Part shown: in pieces, positions 25,754 through 35,982 of the stretch
How the letters are laid out: each line of letters opens with the position of its first letter
Position numbering within the stretch: the stretch's first letter is position 1
From: a virus
IMG/VR virus record: IMGVR_UViG_3300025759_000058
Reading direction: 5' to 3' (one strand)
DNA length: 64,000 nt
Made by a program: the position numbers and the translations under genes
Notes under the pieces: model-generated
Seen by the model: only the letters and a program-made list of their open reading frames with translations
What the model was told of the DNA's origin: nothing
Databases searched by the model: none

Positions 25754-27466
25754 ATGAACGTAAGCTCATTATTACCTACCGATGCAATGGCTAACCAAAA
25801 TGCGGCTTCACTTCAATTAGAAAAGAAGTGGGAAAAGACCGGTCTTTTGGAAGGTATTGCTTCTGAGGTAGACAGAAAAGGAATGGCCGTCCTTTTAGAA
25901 AACCAGGCCAAGCAACTCGTATCAGAAGTTAACAATACTGGTACTGGTGCAAGCGATGAACAATGGGCGGGTGTTGCTCTTCCATTAGTACGTAGAATTT
26001 TTGCTGAAATTGCTGCAAAAGATTTCGTATCAGTTCAACCTATGAACCTTCCTTCCGGACTCGTATTCTACTTGGACTTCAAGTATGGTACTGCTCAAGG
26101 AACTAACGGTTTCAATGGCTCAACAGGTAATGACTTCTTAACTAGCCAAGGTAGAACATCTCAAGCCGATTCTGTATTTGGTATTACCGATGCAGGTGAC
26201 TTAGGTACATCTGCTGCTGGAGGAGCTGCTCCTTCTGAAGGTTTATATGGTGCAGGTCGATTTGGATATACAATCAATGATGCTACTGAAATTGTTGCAG
26301 TAAGCACTGGTTCATATGATCCATTTACTGCTACCTTTACTGAAGGCGGTGCTGCATTGACTGGATTGCAATTAGACAAGTTCACTAACTTTAATGCAGA
26401 GTTTTCTGCTAGTGCAGCTGCTAATACTAGAGCATACCAAGTTGTTCGTGTTACCAAGGCAGATTTAACTGCTCCAGATACTAATGGTATTAGAGCATTT
26501 AACTTGTCAGGTTCTGGTATTACTAATATCGTTCCTGAATTTACTCGTCAAGATTCAACGCACATCTACTTCTTAGCTCAAACTGCTTCAACTCCTGTTG
26601 TAACAGGTGCGGATGCAGTTGTCGTTGCTTATCACAAGCAGCCTGCAGACAATTCTAGAGGCGATTTTGAAGATACAACTGGCGGTAACTTAACTGATTC
26701 AACGATCCTCGATATTCCAGAAATCAATTTGGAAATGAGAAGTGAGGCAATTGTTGCTAAGACTCGTAAGTTGAAAGCTGTTTGGTCTCCTGAGTTTGCT
26801 CAAGACTTGAACGCTTACCACAGCATTGACGCTGAGGCTGAGTTGACTAGCATGTTGTCTGAGTACGTTTCTCAAGAAATTGACTTGGAACTTTTAGACA
26901 TGTTGATTCAGAATGCTCAAACAACTGAGCGTTGGTCTGCAAAAGTTGGATATGAGTTTGATACTACTACCAACACCTTTACTCAAGGTAATGCAACTGC
27001 TCAAGCTTACAACCAAGGTACTTGGTTCCAAACTTTAGGAACTAAGATCCAAAAGGTAAGCAATAAGATTCACCAATTGACGTTGAGAGGCGGAGCAAAC
27101 TTCTTAGTATGTTCTCCGGCTGTTGCAACTATCCTCGAATCTATTCCTGGATATGCTGCTGATACCGACGGTAATAAGACGCAATTTGCAATGGGCGTGC
27201 AGAAAGTAGGTGCTATCAACAGCAGATTCCAAGTTTACAAGAACCCATATATGACTGAAAATACAATCTTAATGGGTTACAGAGGATCACAGTTCCTCGA
27301 AACTGGTGCTGTTTATGCTCCATACATTCCGCTTATCATGACGCCATTGGTATACGATCCATCTAACTTCACTCCAAGAAAGGGTGTGATGACTCGTTAT
27401 GCCAAGAAGATGGTACGTCCTGAATTCTATGGTAAGGTCTACGTCGGTCACTTGAACGTAGTCTAA
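25754..27466 (+). CDS. Major capsid protein (T4 gp23-like)
   Basis: LLENQ, PLVRR, VQPMNLPSGLVF, KTRKLKAVWSPEFAQDL, YAPYIPL, FTPRKGVMTRYA. Confidence 0.97.
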   Translation: MNVSSLLPTDAMANQNAASLQLEKKWEKTGLLEGIASEVDRKGMAVLLENQAKQLVSEVNNTGTGASDEQWAGVALPLVRRIFAEIAAKDFVSVQPMNLPSGLVFYLDFKYGTAQGTNGFNGSTGNDFLTSQGRTSQADSVFGITDAGDLGTSAAGGAAPSEGLYGAGRFGYTINDATEIVAVSTGSYDPFTATFTEGGAALTGLQLDKFTNFNAEFSASAAANTRAYQVVRVTKADLTAPDTNGIRAFNLSGSGITNIVPEFTRQDSTHIYFLAQTASTPVVTGADAVVVAYHKQPADNSRGDFEDTTGGNLTDSTILDIPEINLEMRSEAIVAKTRKLKAVWSPEFAQDLNAYHSIDAEAELTSMLSEYVSQEIDLELLDMLIQNAQTTERWSAKVGYEFDTTTNTFTQGNATAQAYNQGTWFQTLGTKIQKVSNKIHQLTLRGGANFLVCSPAVATILESIPGYAADTDGNKTQFAMGVQKVGAINSRFQVYKNPYMTENTILMGYRGSQFLETGAVYAPYIPLIMTPLVYDPSNFTPRKGVMTRYAKKMVRPEFYGKVYVGHLNVV

Positions 27467-27491
27467 TTTATAGAATTAGAATATAACTAGG

Positions 27492-27518
27492 AAAGGGAGG
27501 CTTCGGTCTCCCTTTTTT
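27492..27518 (+). terminator. Rho-independent terminator with UUCG loop
   Basis: AAAGGGAGGC-TTCG-GTCTCCCTTTTTT. Confidence 0.9.
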
Positions 27519-27544
27519 ACATATTTATATAAAATAGGAGTTAC

Positions 27545-28210
27545 ATGGCAAAGCAAAATATCGAGAAAGCCCCGCCAAAAGGTCCAGTTAGGTTTTCTAT
27601 AGTATTATCAGAAGAGCAGAAAGCTGCTAAAGCAGAAATTTTAGAATGTCCATATAATTTTATATTAGGCAAGGCAGGTTCGGGAAAAACATTATTAGCT
27701 GTTCAAGTAGCATTGGACATGTACTTTAAACGTCAGTGTAATAAAATTATAATAACAAGGCCTACAGTATCTACCGAAGATAACGGATTCTTACCCGGAT
27801 CAGAACGAGAAAAAATGGAACCATGGTTAGTACCAATTCGTTCTAATATGAGAAAGGTTTATAATAAGCCAGATATTCTAGAAAAATTAGAGCAATCAGA
27901 AGCGATTGAATTAGTGTCATTAGCTCATTTTAGAGGTAGAACATTTGACAATGCTGTTGTAATAGTCGACGAATTTCAAAATTTAACTAAATCACAATTA
28001 GCCATGGCAATTGGACGAATCGGAAAAGACTCGAAAATGATATTTACGGGCGATTCGCAACAAATAGATTTGCGTGATAAAAATTACTCAGCCGTACATG
28101 ATTTAGCAAAAATTAAAGATTCTGATTATGTATCGAAAATAGTTCTTAAAGATAATCACCGCCATGAAGCAATAGACGAATTGTTAGATTTACTTAATGG
28201 ATATAACTAA
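27545..28210 (+). CDS. phoH: PhoH-family ATPase
   Basis: GKAGSGKT, IITRP, GFLPG, RGRTF, VDEFQN, GDSQQIDL, NHRH. Confidence 0.92.
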   Translation: MAKQNIEKAPPKGPVRFSIVLSEEQKAAKAEILECPYNFILGKAGSGKTLLAVQVALDMYFKRQCNKIIITRPTVSTEDNGFLPGSEREKMEPWLVPIRSNMRKVYNKPDILEKLEQSEAIELVSLAHFRGRTFDNAVVIVDEFQNLTKSQLAMAIGRIGKDSKMIFTGDSQQIDLRDKNYSAVHDLAKIKDSDYVSKIVLKDNHRHEAIDELLDLLNGYN

Positions 28211-28238
28211 ACGTCATATTTATTAAAAAGGAAAAGAG

Positions 28239-28634
28239 ATGGCTGCAGGCTGGTATAATTTTACTATTGAACAAGGCGCTACGGTAGATTTTGAACTAAC
28301 GTATAAAGATTCTAACGGCGATGTTGTCGATTTAACAAAATACACAGCTAGAATGCAGATTAAAAATGCTAAAGGCGGCAACCAAACATATATATCATTA
28401 TCTAGTACATTAGCCAATGACGGTACTGGATTAAATATGAGCGGCTCGTCCGGTACGAATCCGCCCTCAAGTGGTTCCATTGGCGTGTTTATTTCTGCTT
28501 ATTCATCATCTCAATTAACATTTTCCGAGGGTTATTATGATATAGAATTAGTTTCAGGTAGTACATATCCTTATGTAACACGATTATTAGAGGGTAGAGT
28601 AAAACTTTCAAAAGAAGTAACCACAAGTAGCTAA
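28239..28634 (+). CDS. Ig-like fibre-anchoring/adaptor virion protein
   Basis: IEQGAT..F..YKD....DLT.YTARMQI...YYDIEL...TRLLEGRV pattern of phage BppU-N/LtfC-like domains. Confidence 0.6.
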   Translation: MAAGWYNFTIEQGATVDFELTYKDSNGDVVDLTKYTARMQIKNAKGGNQTYISLSSTLANDGTGLNMSGSSGTNPPSSGSIGVFISAYSSSQLTFSEGYYDIELVSGSTYPYVTRLLEGRVKLSKEVTTSS

Positions 28635-29125
28635 TGTCTCAGAATGTATATGTAAACCCAGATGAATCCCAAGTTACAATAAATGAATCGTCCCCGAGTA
28701 TTAACATTGCTACTAGTGATGGCGAGACGATAATTGTTACTCAACAGACTACTAATGTAGTCGAAGTTACTACATTCGGACCTCAAGGACCAGTAGGTCC
28801 AGTCGGACCTCAAGGTGAGACAGGAACGTTTTCTGCATCTGGATCTGTTGAGTTAGCCGATTTATATGCATCCGGCTCTATAACAGCTAGCCAGGCAATA
28901 AGTTCAAGTGACTATGTGTATGCAAAGGGTGTATTTATAAACTCCGGTTCTCGTACAACGAATGATTTCTTTTTAATTAGATCAGAGAGTTTTGCAGCAT
29001 TACGTGTTAATGGCGAGGGTGTACTACAACTTGGAAAATTTAATTCCGTTCCATTACCGGTAGACGGTGGTTTATATTATAACAACACCGATGATGAGTA
29101 TTATGTAAGTAAACAAACGAGTTAA
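28634..29125 (+). CDS. Short collagen-motif fibre protein
   Basis: GPQGPVGPVGPQGETG repeat. Confidence 0.65.
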   Translation: MSQNVYVNPDESQVTINESSPSINIATSDGETIIVTQQTTNVVEVTTFGPQGPVGPVGPQGETGTFSASGSVELADLYASGSITASQAISSSDYVYAKGVFINSGSRTTNDFFLIRSESFAALRVNGEGVLQLGKFNSVPLPVDGGLYYNNTDDEYYVSKQTS

Positions 29126-29164
29126 CATATTTATAAGAAATAAAACTGATAGAGAGGAACCCAT

Positions 29165-31786
29165 ATGGCAACTACATGGCGTAAAATAATTGTTTCAGGA
29201 TCAAATGCCGAATTAGCGGATTTAAGTGTATCGGGCAAATTATCGGTAACCGGTTCATTATATGCTGAGTTAACTGAGGATAGCAGTGGCACTGCAAAAG
29301 TAGTTATTTATGATGAAAATAGTAAACGACTTTTTATAACATCATCAGGCGCCGGCGGCGGCGGAGGAATATTTGTAAGTAAAGACGGCGGCGACTATTA
29401 TGCAGCGGATGAGACATTAGTAGTATCCGGATCGTCTTTAAAGACATCGCCAACGGATAATGCACTAAAACAACTACCGGCATCAAATGCAAATTCTAAG
29501 TATGCATTTATAGTAAGCGAATCTGCATATTTTGCAAATCATAACGTCGGCCACCCAAATTCATTATCATGGCAATCTAATTTAGATAATACTATATTTA
29601 ATTCTTACGATTCTAATACAGATGTATCTCAAATTCTTCGTACGATTGTCGGTGTGATTAGTGCGTCCAATGAGTTGAACGCATTAGTTACATCACCGTC
29701 ACCAAATGCAACGCCATGGAGTACGACAACAGTCTCATATCTAAATGACAGCGCGGCAGATGATACATCGGATTGGACTAATGCATATGTGCCGGCAACA
29801 GCCGCCTCAATTACATTTCCAAGAATTGCACCAGTAAATTATTTACTCGCCAAAGGGTTTTGTTCTGGCGAAGGTAATCCTTTATTTGATGAAGTGACTA
29901 CTGTATATCAAAAAACTACATTTACACGAAGGCCGTTATGGGTATCAAATCCGTCAGATTATTTTGATGCCGGCGGCGCAGGAGAAGGTGTTACATTTAT
30001 AGGCAAGGCAACGCAAAGCTTTAGCGATAACCAGTCTGTAACAGACCCAAATGAGTCGACCGGAACATATACGACTCACTCTTATGTATATGCTACTTCT
30101 ACAGCCGACACTGCCCCGTTATATGTAAGAAATATTGCAACTGGAACACCGACCGTTATACCGGCACAGTATCAAGAAGCTAAATATGGACAAATAACAT
30201 CGTTAGATGCTCGTAAATGGACAGATGGTACTAATTACTCTGGTATTAGCGTTGCATCTAATAACAATGCAATATCATCCAGCGGATATTATCGTTGGTA
30301 CGATTATAAGCTTGGATTTGCATCCAAGTCAAATGCTACAGAATCTGAATTAATTGGTGGGTCGCTCCAAACAGGATTTGCAACAAGCACTAGATTTTAT
30401 ACACCATTAACTAAAGCAGATATTACATCAATTCAATCGCAAAACGCCACCGGCACAGCAACTAATGAGTTACTTATAGCCACTCAAACGGCAGCTGAAT
30501 CTCGTAGTTTATCAGGTGCTCCATATTTAAACGGCGCGAGTTACCTTAACGGTGGTGCTATACGAATACCCCATATATTTGCTCCATTATTTTATTCGAC
30601 TACATCTGATACTACGTTGGCATATGTAGATACAACAAAGAGTGCGCCCTTTGCAATATCATCATCGGATGCCGGGTATAAAGTTATTGTAAACAGCGGG
30701 CAACTACAAGTAGGTAGCCAGGTCGTGACAAGTTTAGGCTCTGCCCTCGGCCAAGGTAGTTTACCACTAGTACCAGATGTTCAGTATACAGCTTCAATTG
30801 GTACTAACGATACGTATGCCATCGGCACGTTAAATAACGATGTTACGTACAACGTTGATCATACAAATGCCGTCGAACGGTACCCGACTGATGCATATAC
30901 ATACTTTACAGTTCGTGGCCGATACCTCCCATGGAATACCGGTAATGCGACTAATGCATATACACTCGATAGATTGTTCCATACCGCCGGAACATTCGGT
31001 CAACCAGCCGCATCGGGCTCATTGTTGTATTGGATATATAATTCAACACCGGGAATTAGCCAAGGTGAATCGGAAACCGCTACTAGATTTAGGGCCGAAA
31101 CAAATCGTTTACAGATTCAAGGAAATACGATTGATCAAGCAGTTGCATCAACATGGGATCCGGAAGATAGATTAACGTTAGGTGCTGACGGTGATTTACA
31201 ATATAAAGCTGGTGATACATATGGATGGCTTGTCAATCCAGAACATGGTGCCGGATCGACAGGTGTTAATACCGATGGTGGTTATGGATATTGGTATCCT
31301 ACCGGTAGTTATAGCAATGGCCATTACAAATGGGCAATGCAAAAGTTTGATTTTGGTTTAGGCTCCGGCGCAAGCTATAGTAGCTTGACTATTACTACAA
31401 ATGGCGATAGTGATTTTGGTGATTTAGTTGCATGGGATAGTACAACTACTAACAAGTATTCGATCGGCGTGATATTTAGTAAACAATTAGATGATGCCGG
31501 CAACCCTAGAATATTCGACGTATCTGGTACTGGAACTTTTGACCCATCATTAGATAACCAAGGTGCCGGCACCGCCGGCATTAATCCGTTTAATGAAACA
31601 GTAGATATTAAAAAGTTATGGTCGAGTAGGTCAACAGGTACAAATACAATTACATTAGCACTTAATGCTCCTGCAGGCCAAGTAATTAGTAATAGTGGAA
31701 CGGATTATTCAGAAATATACATTGTAGTTAGATATAAAGGCGCACCAAATGATACATTGCGACAAATTTCGGTATCTGGATCATAA
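29165..31786 (+). CDS. Large virion structural protein
   Basis: 873 aa, S/T/G-rich; N-terminal WRKIIVSGS shared with 33697. Confidence 0.6.
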   Translation: MATTWRKIIVSGSNAELADLSVSGKLSVTGSLYAELTEDSSGTAKVVIYDENSKRLFITSSGAGGGGGIFVSKDGGDYYAADETLVVSGSSLKTSPTDNALKQLPASNANSKYAFIVSESAYFANHNVGHPNSLSWQSNLDNTIFNSYDSNTDVSQILRTIVGVISASNELNALVTSPSPNATPWSTTTVSYLNDSAADDTSDWTNAYVPATAASITFPRIAPVNYLLAKGFCSGEGNPLFDEVTTVYQKTTFTRRPLWVSNPSDYFDAGGAGEGVTFIGKATQSFSDNQSVTDPNESTGTYTTHSYVYATSTADTAPLYVRNIATGTPTVIPAQYQEAKYGQITSLDARKWTDGTNYSGISVASNNNAISSSGYYRWYDYKLGFASKSNATESELIGGSLQTGFATSTRFYTPLTKADITSIQSQNATGTATNELLIATQTAAESRSLSGAPYLNGASYLNGGAIRIPHIFAPLFYSTTSDTTLAYVDTTKSAPFAISSSDAGYKVIVNSGQLQVGSQVVTSLGSALGQGSLPLVPDVQYTASIGTNDTYAIGTLNNDVTYNVDHTNAVERYPTDAYTYFTVRGRYLPWNTGNATNAYTLDRLFHTAGTFGQPAASGSLLYWIYNSTPGISQGESETATRFRAETNRLQIQGNTIDQAVASTWDPEDRLTLGADGDLQYKAGDTYGWLVNPEHGAGSTGVNTDGGYGYWYPTGSYSNGHYKWAMQKFDFGLGSGASYSSLTITTNGDSDFGDLVAWDSTTTNKYSIGVIFSKQLDDAGNPRIFDVSGTGTFDPSLDNQGAGTAGINPFNETVDIKKLWSSRSTGTNTITLALNAPAGQVISNSGTDYSEIYIVVRYKGAPNDTLRQISVSGS

Positions 31787-31805
31787 TATACAAGAGGATT
31801 AATAA

Positions 31806-33395
31806 ATGGCATTTGTAAGCTCATCATTTTCAAATAGAAAACTTCAAAACAGAAGATATACAACTGATAAAGTAACAGATACTCAAGAAGCATATACTAG
31901 CGTACTTGACGTTAACGCAAATGAAGTCTTTTCAGATGTTAGATATATACCGACCTCATCGGCCGGCATACCATTTTCTGGTTCATCGCAATCCGGACTT
32001 ATTGTTTCTGCTAGTAATTTAGATACGTCAATAACGCCTGGTAGTGCTGATGATCTTCCTATTTTAAAGTATTGGTATCGTCATAAATTAAAACCGGCAA
32101 ATACCGGCACTGGACGAGATACATACTTTTTTACTACATCTGAACCAACCGATACGGATACCGATACAACCGGCGGAACTTCATTAATTGTCAGTGATCA
32201 GTTAACAAATTTTGTTTCTCCTAAATATATTAGTGCAGAAAATGCATCAGATTCAATTAATGATGCGGAAGGTAGTCAGGCCGGCGCCCCGGGATATGTT
32301 GTGCGATTATTTGAGTCGACAAATTCCGACCCAGCATCATTATCAGGCGGCGACGAAATATCATCGGCTGATTACGTATTTGATTATAAGACAGGTGTAG
32401 TTGCATTTAACACAGCCAGAACGGCCGGCCGTTGGGTATATGCATCGGTCTACCAATACATAGGACGTACATTAGGAAGTCAAATCGCCGATGGAACATT
32501 AGGCGGTTCGGTTGATTACGGAAATGGGCAGACTAGTGCTGAGTTTTCATCATCTATTGCAACGAGAGCAACCGATCTAGAAAGCGCTTCAGGCTCATTT
32601 AGTACTAGAGTAACTACTAACGAATCAAATATTAGTACTAATCAAACCGATATTTCAAATCTTCAAACTGATTCAGGTTCGTTTAGTACTAGAGTAACTG
32701 CCAATGAAACTGATATTAGTACTAATCAAACCGATATATCCAATCTTCAATCAGATTCTGCATCATTTAGTACTAGAGTAACTACTAATGAGACGGATAT
32801 TACAAATCTTCAGACAGATTCTGCTTCGTTTAGTACACGTGTTACTACTAACGAATCAAATATTAGTACTAATCAATCTGACATATCAAGCCTCCAAACG
32901 GATTCAGGTTCATTTAGTACTAGAGTAACAACATTAGAAGGTAATGTCGGTCAGGCAGTAAATACCGATTCGGATGTTGAATTTGCAAACATTGATGTTA
33001 CCGGTAATTTAACCGTTGATGGTGATTTAACCGTTAATGGAGATTTGACATCCATTAGTACAACTAATTTAGATGTTAAAGATGCATTTATATATTTAGC
33101 ATCGGGGTCAACAACTGCTAATGTCGATGCTGGTATATTTGTCCAATCTGGTTCTGCAGATAGTTCAGGCTCAGCATTATATCATGATAAAGGTGATCAA
33201 CGTTGGGCGGTTGCAAAACATATGGCACAAGGTGACGCTGATCTATCTGCCAACTCAAATATAACTAGATCATATGTTGTAACGACCGCAGCCGCCGCCG
33301 GAGCACCGGATGATGCAGATGTAAAGTATGGATATGGAGAAATTTATATTAATAGTACTAATGGTGATATTTACATAAGAACAACTCAAGACTAA
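31806..33395 (+). CDS. Virion fibre protein with coiled-coil stalk repeats
   Basis: FDYKTGV, YQYIG; repeated S(G/A)SFSTRVT; VTGNLTVDGDLTVNG beta-repeat. Confidence 0.7.
   Translation: MAFVSSSFSNRKLQNRRYTTDKVTDTQEAYTSVLDVNANEVFSDVRYIPTSSAGIPFSGSSQSGLIVSASNLDTSITPGSADDLPILKYWYRHKLKPANTGTGRDTYFFTTSEPTDTDTDTTGGTSLIVSDQLTNFVSPKYISAENASDSINDAEGSQAGAPGYVVRLFESTNSDPASLSGGDEISSADYVFDYKTGVVAFNTARTAGRWVYASVYQYIGRTLGSQIADGTLGGSVDYGNGQTSAEFSSSIATRATDLESASGSFSTRVTTNESNISTNQTDISNLQTDSGSFSTRVTANETDISTNQTDISNLQSDSASFSTRVTTNETDITNLQTDSASFSTRVTTNESNISTNQSDISSLQTDSGSFSTRVTTLEGNVGQAVNTDSDVEFANIDVTGNLTVDGDLTVNGDLTSISTTNLDVKDAFIYLASGSTTANVDAGIFVQSGSADSSGSALYHDKGDQRWAVAKHMAQGDADLSANSNITRSYVVTTAAAAGAPDDADVKYGYGEIYINSTNGDIYIRTTQD
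32589..32940 (+). repeat. Intragenic tandem repeats (5 copies anchored on TTTAGTACTAGAGTAAC-like; 75- and 54-nt units)
   Basis: Encodes S(G/A)SFSTRVT(T/A)NE..I.TNQ.DIS.LQ.D coiled-coil units. Confidence 0.85.
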
Positions 33396-33409
33396 TTAGG
33401 TTATGAACA

Positions 33410-33616
33410 ATGGGTCTCAAAGTTAACGGCAATTTTCGTATAGGAGGTACGGAACACCACCATCCATTAACATCGGAAGAAATAGAATTTTTATTACGGA
33501 TATTAGCAGATATGGATTTTAAAGGATATATGTTAAATAACGTAATAACAATAACTTATAAATTACAACAGGAGTATGAAGCAGTAAAACAAAAAGAAGA
33601 CATGACGAACAAATAA
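33410..33616 (+). CDS. Small protein, possibly a fibre assembly chaperone
   Basis: LTSEEIEFLL..L....FKG...KLQ pattern; lies between fibre genes. Confidence 0.5.
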   Translation: MGLKVNGNFRIGGTEHHHPLTSEEIEFLLRILADMDFKGYMLNNVITITYKLQQEYEAVKQKEDMTNK

Positions 33617-33626
33617 TTCTGATTGA

Positions 33627-33686
33627 TCTAATTATTGGCCGGCGCGAGTCGGAAGTGGGCTTTTATAGTAACCAACCGTAGTTAGG
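33627..33686 (+). ncRNA. Candidate cis-regulatory structured RNA (three-way junction) sequestering the SD of gene 33697
   Basis: P1 TCTAATTAT/GTAGTTAGG, P2 TGG/CCA, P3 CCGGC-GCGA-GTCGG (GNRA loop), AAGTGG junction, P4 GCT/AGT; a GC-rich island in an AT-rich intergenic gap. Confidence 0.55.
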
Positions 33687-33696
33687 AAAAAGAAAG

Positions 33697-35982
33697 ATGC
33701 CAAATTGGAAAAAGGTCATTGTATCTGGGTCAGATGCAATATTAAATAATGTAACGGCAAGTTCTGGCATATTGTCTTCTGGCGATATATATGCTCCTAA
33801 CTTTGTGGGTACTGCTTCATATGCAACAATATCCAAACGAGTTATAGTTACAAATAATGACAGCACTGATGGATTTTTGTATATACCATTTAGCGACGAC
33901 AATGGTAATTTATATAAAAGTACGACAACATTTAGATTCAACCCTTTTGAAAAACAATTTAATATATCAAATATATCGGCCGGCAGTATTACGGCTTCGG
34001 CTGATATAAGTGTAAGTGGTAATTTTTATGCAAACTTAACAGAAGATTCTAGTAACTATAATACAGTTGTTTATAATACTGCAACAGGTCAGTTTTTCTA
34101 TACCGGATCGTATGGCGGCAATGCTAGCATAACAATTGATAATGATGCTAATGATAGAATCATTACAGCCAAAGGCAATGGAACTTTAAATGCTGAACAA
34201 AATTTATCATTTAATGGCACGACATTATCTCTTAATGGTACATTCCTTCATACAACAGATTTAGGTAGATCATTCATTTCGTTAAAAGAAGGTGACTATT
34301 ATTTACTCCAAGCAGGTGATATGGAAAATGCGCGTAATCAAACATTGTTTGAAATACGCGATGCATCCAGTAGTTTCTACTTCCATACACAAAACGAACA
34401 TCCGCATTATTTAAATTCAGCATCTTTATTTATATCAGGTACGATTAGCGGAAGCGGGTTATATATAGATAATTACAAGACTGGTACTGCAACATTTACG
34501 GGACTCGTTGATGCACTGCAAGTATCTGCATCGATTATTAAGACTAATACATTAAAAGTATCTGATATAACATATCCTACTACTGATGGAGATGATGGTA
34601 ATATATTAATGACAGATGGGGAAGGTAATCTAACACTACAACCAAACACATCTTTTTTTAATGTTAAAAACGTTGGTAGTAATACTTTACTTAAAGGAAC
34701 CCCTGTACATGCAACTGGAACAACAGGAAATACCTCAGAAGTAATAGCTGCTTCTGCTTCTAATGCACTAACTATGCCAGCAACTTATGTGTTAGCCGAA
34801 GATATAGATGCTGATGAAACAGGTAGGGCAATACTAACTGGTTATTTAAATGGTATAGACACATCTAATGGTTTTACACCAGGTGATGTGGTGTATGTGG
34901 GTGAAACGGGAGGATATACTCCTTTTAAACCCTCAGGATCAAATTTAATTCAAAATATTGGTATTATAATAAAGTCCGATGCTAGTAATGGATCAATTCT
35001 TATTTATGGTTCTGGTAGATCAAATGACGTGCCTAACATACCGGCCGGGTATACATGGGTTGGTGATAGCGATGGAGTTGCAACTCCCGTTCCGACATCT
35101 TCTATTATAGCTGCAACATCATCCGCTGCAGATCGAATATTCGTTAATAATGCTAATTTCGACTCATATGCAAACATAGTAACAATAGACCCTAGTACAG
35201 AATCGAATGGATATAAGTTGCTACAACGAGATGATTCGGGACTTGCATATAATGCAGCTCAAAATACTCTTAAAGTAGGTCATTTATCTGCGAGTGCATT
35301 AACGGTTACAGAAAGCTTCAATATTACAGGTAAACAGTATTCAACGGCATCTTATCATTTAATAGAAGTGCCCGCAGGCCAAATGTATACTCAAGGTGTA
35401 TTTTTTGTTACTGGATCAATGCCATCAGACCAAGCTTCTCCTGACTGGACTAAATTTTCGTTATTTAAATTTAGCACTTCTAGTGCATTAGACTTGGACT
35501 TAATTATTAATGTTATACCAGATGAAACAGAACCGGTATCTAGTTCTATATTACGTAGTACGTCGAATATAGCTGCAATAACTCAATATCCAATAGAAGT
35601 TAGTTATGAAGCTTGGCCATTTGAGTCAGGTCAATATACATTTACTATAGGAGCTGGATTTCCATTAGAACAAAGTTTTGAAGGGTGGATATTTGCAAAC
35701 GGTGTTAATTTTTCAGGGGCAATTGAACAATATCAAGCAACTAATCAATTTAATCCGACCGGCTATCCTTATGTAGGTGATGAAGAAGATACTCCACAAA
35801 TCGCCGGCGGCCAAAGTCCGATAATATTATCTATAGTCACCGGGTCCGCCGGTATACCGTCGGGATATGTATCATTACGTCTTTTATTATCGTCAAATAC
35901 TAGTACTAATGCATTTTTATCGTATATAGAAAATGCAAAGCTCAATGTAACATGTGTATATAAATTGGTTAACTATGCCTAA
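33697..35982 (+). CDS. Modular virion fibre/decoration protein
   Basis: MPNWKKVIVSGS N-terminus; internal KGTPV...GDVVYVG...LIQNIG...GRSNDVPN cement-like domain. Confidence 0.6.
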   Translation: MPNWKKVIVSGSDAILNNVTASSGILSSGDIYAPNFVGTASYATISKRVIVTNNDSTDGFLYIPFSDDNGNLYKSTTTFRFNPFEKQFNISNISAGSITASADISVSGNFYANLTEDSSNYNTVVYNTATGQFFYTGSYGGNASITIDNDANDRIITAKGNGTLNAEQNLSFNGTTLSLNGTFLHTTDLGRSFISLKEGDYYLLQAGDMENARNQTLFEIRDASSSFYFHTQNEHPHYLNSASLFISGTISGSGLYIDNYKTGTATFTGLVDALQVSASIIKTNTLKVSDITYPTTDGDDGNILMTDGEGNLTLQPNTSFFNVKNVGSNTLLKGTPVHATGTTGNTSEVIAASASNALTMPATYVLAEDIDADETGRAILTGYLNGIDTSNGFTPGDVVYVGETGGYTPFKPSGSNLIQNIGIIIKSDASNGSILIYGSGRSNDVPNIPAGYTWVGDSDGVATPVPTSSIIAATSSAADRIFVNNANFDSYANIVTIDPSTESNGYKLLQRDDSGLAYNAAQNTLKVGHLSASALTVTESFNITGKQYSTASYHLIEVPAGQMYTQGVFFVTGSMPSDQASPDWTKFSLFKFSTSSALDLDLIINVIPDETEPVSSSILRSTSNIAAITQYPIEVSYEAWPFESGQYTFTIGAGFPLEQSFEGWIFANGVNFSGAIEQYQATNQFNPTGYPYVGDEEDTPQIAGGQSPIILSIVTGSAGIPSGYVSLRLLLSSNTSTNAFLSYIENAKLNVTCVYKLVNYA

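Noticed and set aside
32589-32940. Possible CRISPR array
   Set aside because: The repeats are in-frame, degenerate at synonymous sites, and the intervening sequences are themselves repeats. This is a coiled-coil coding repeat, and no cas genes are present.
33619-33690. Hammerhead ribozyme (CTGATTGA ... GAAA)
   Set aside because: The core has an extra nucleotide relative to CUGANGA, and I could not build stems I and III or a cleavage triplet. It is kept only as an unclassified structured RNA.
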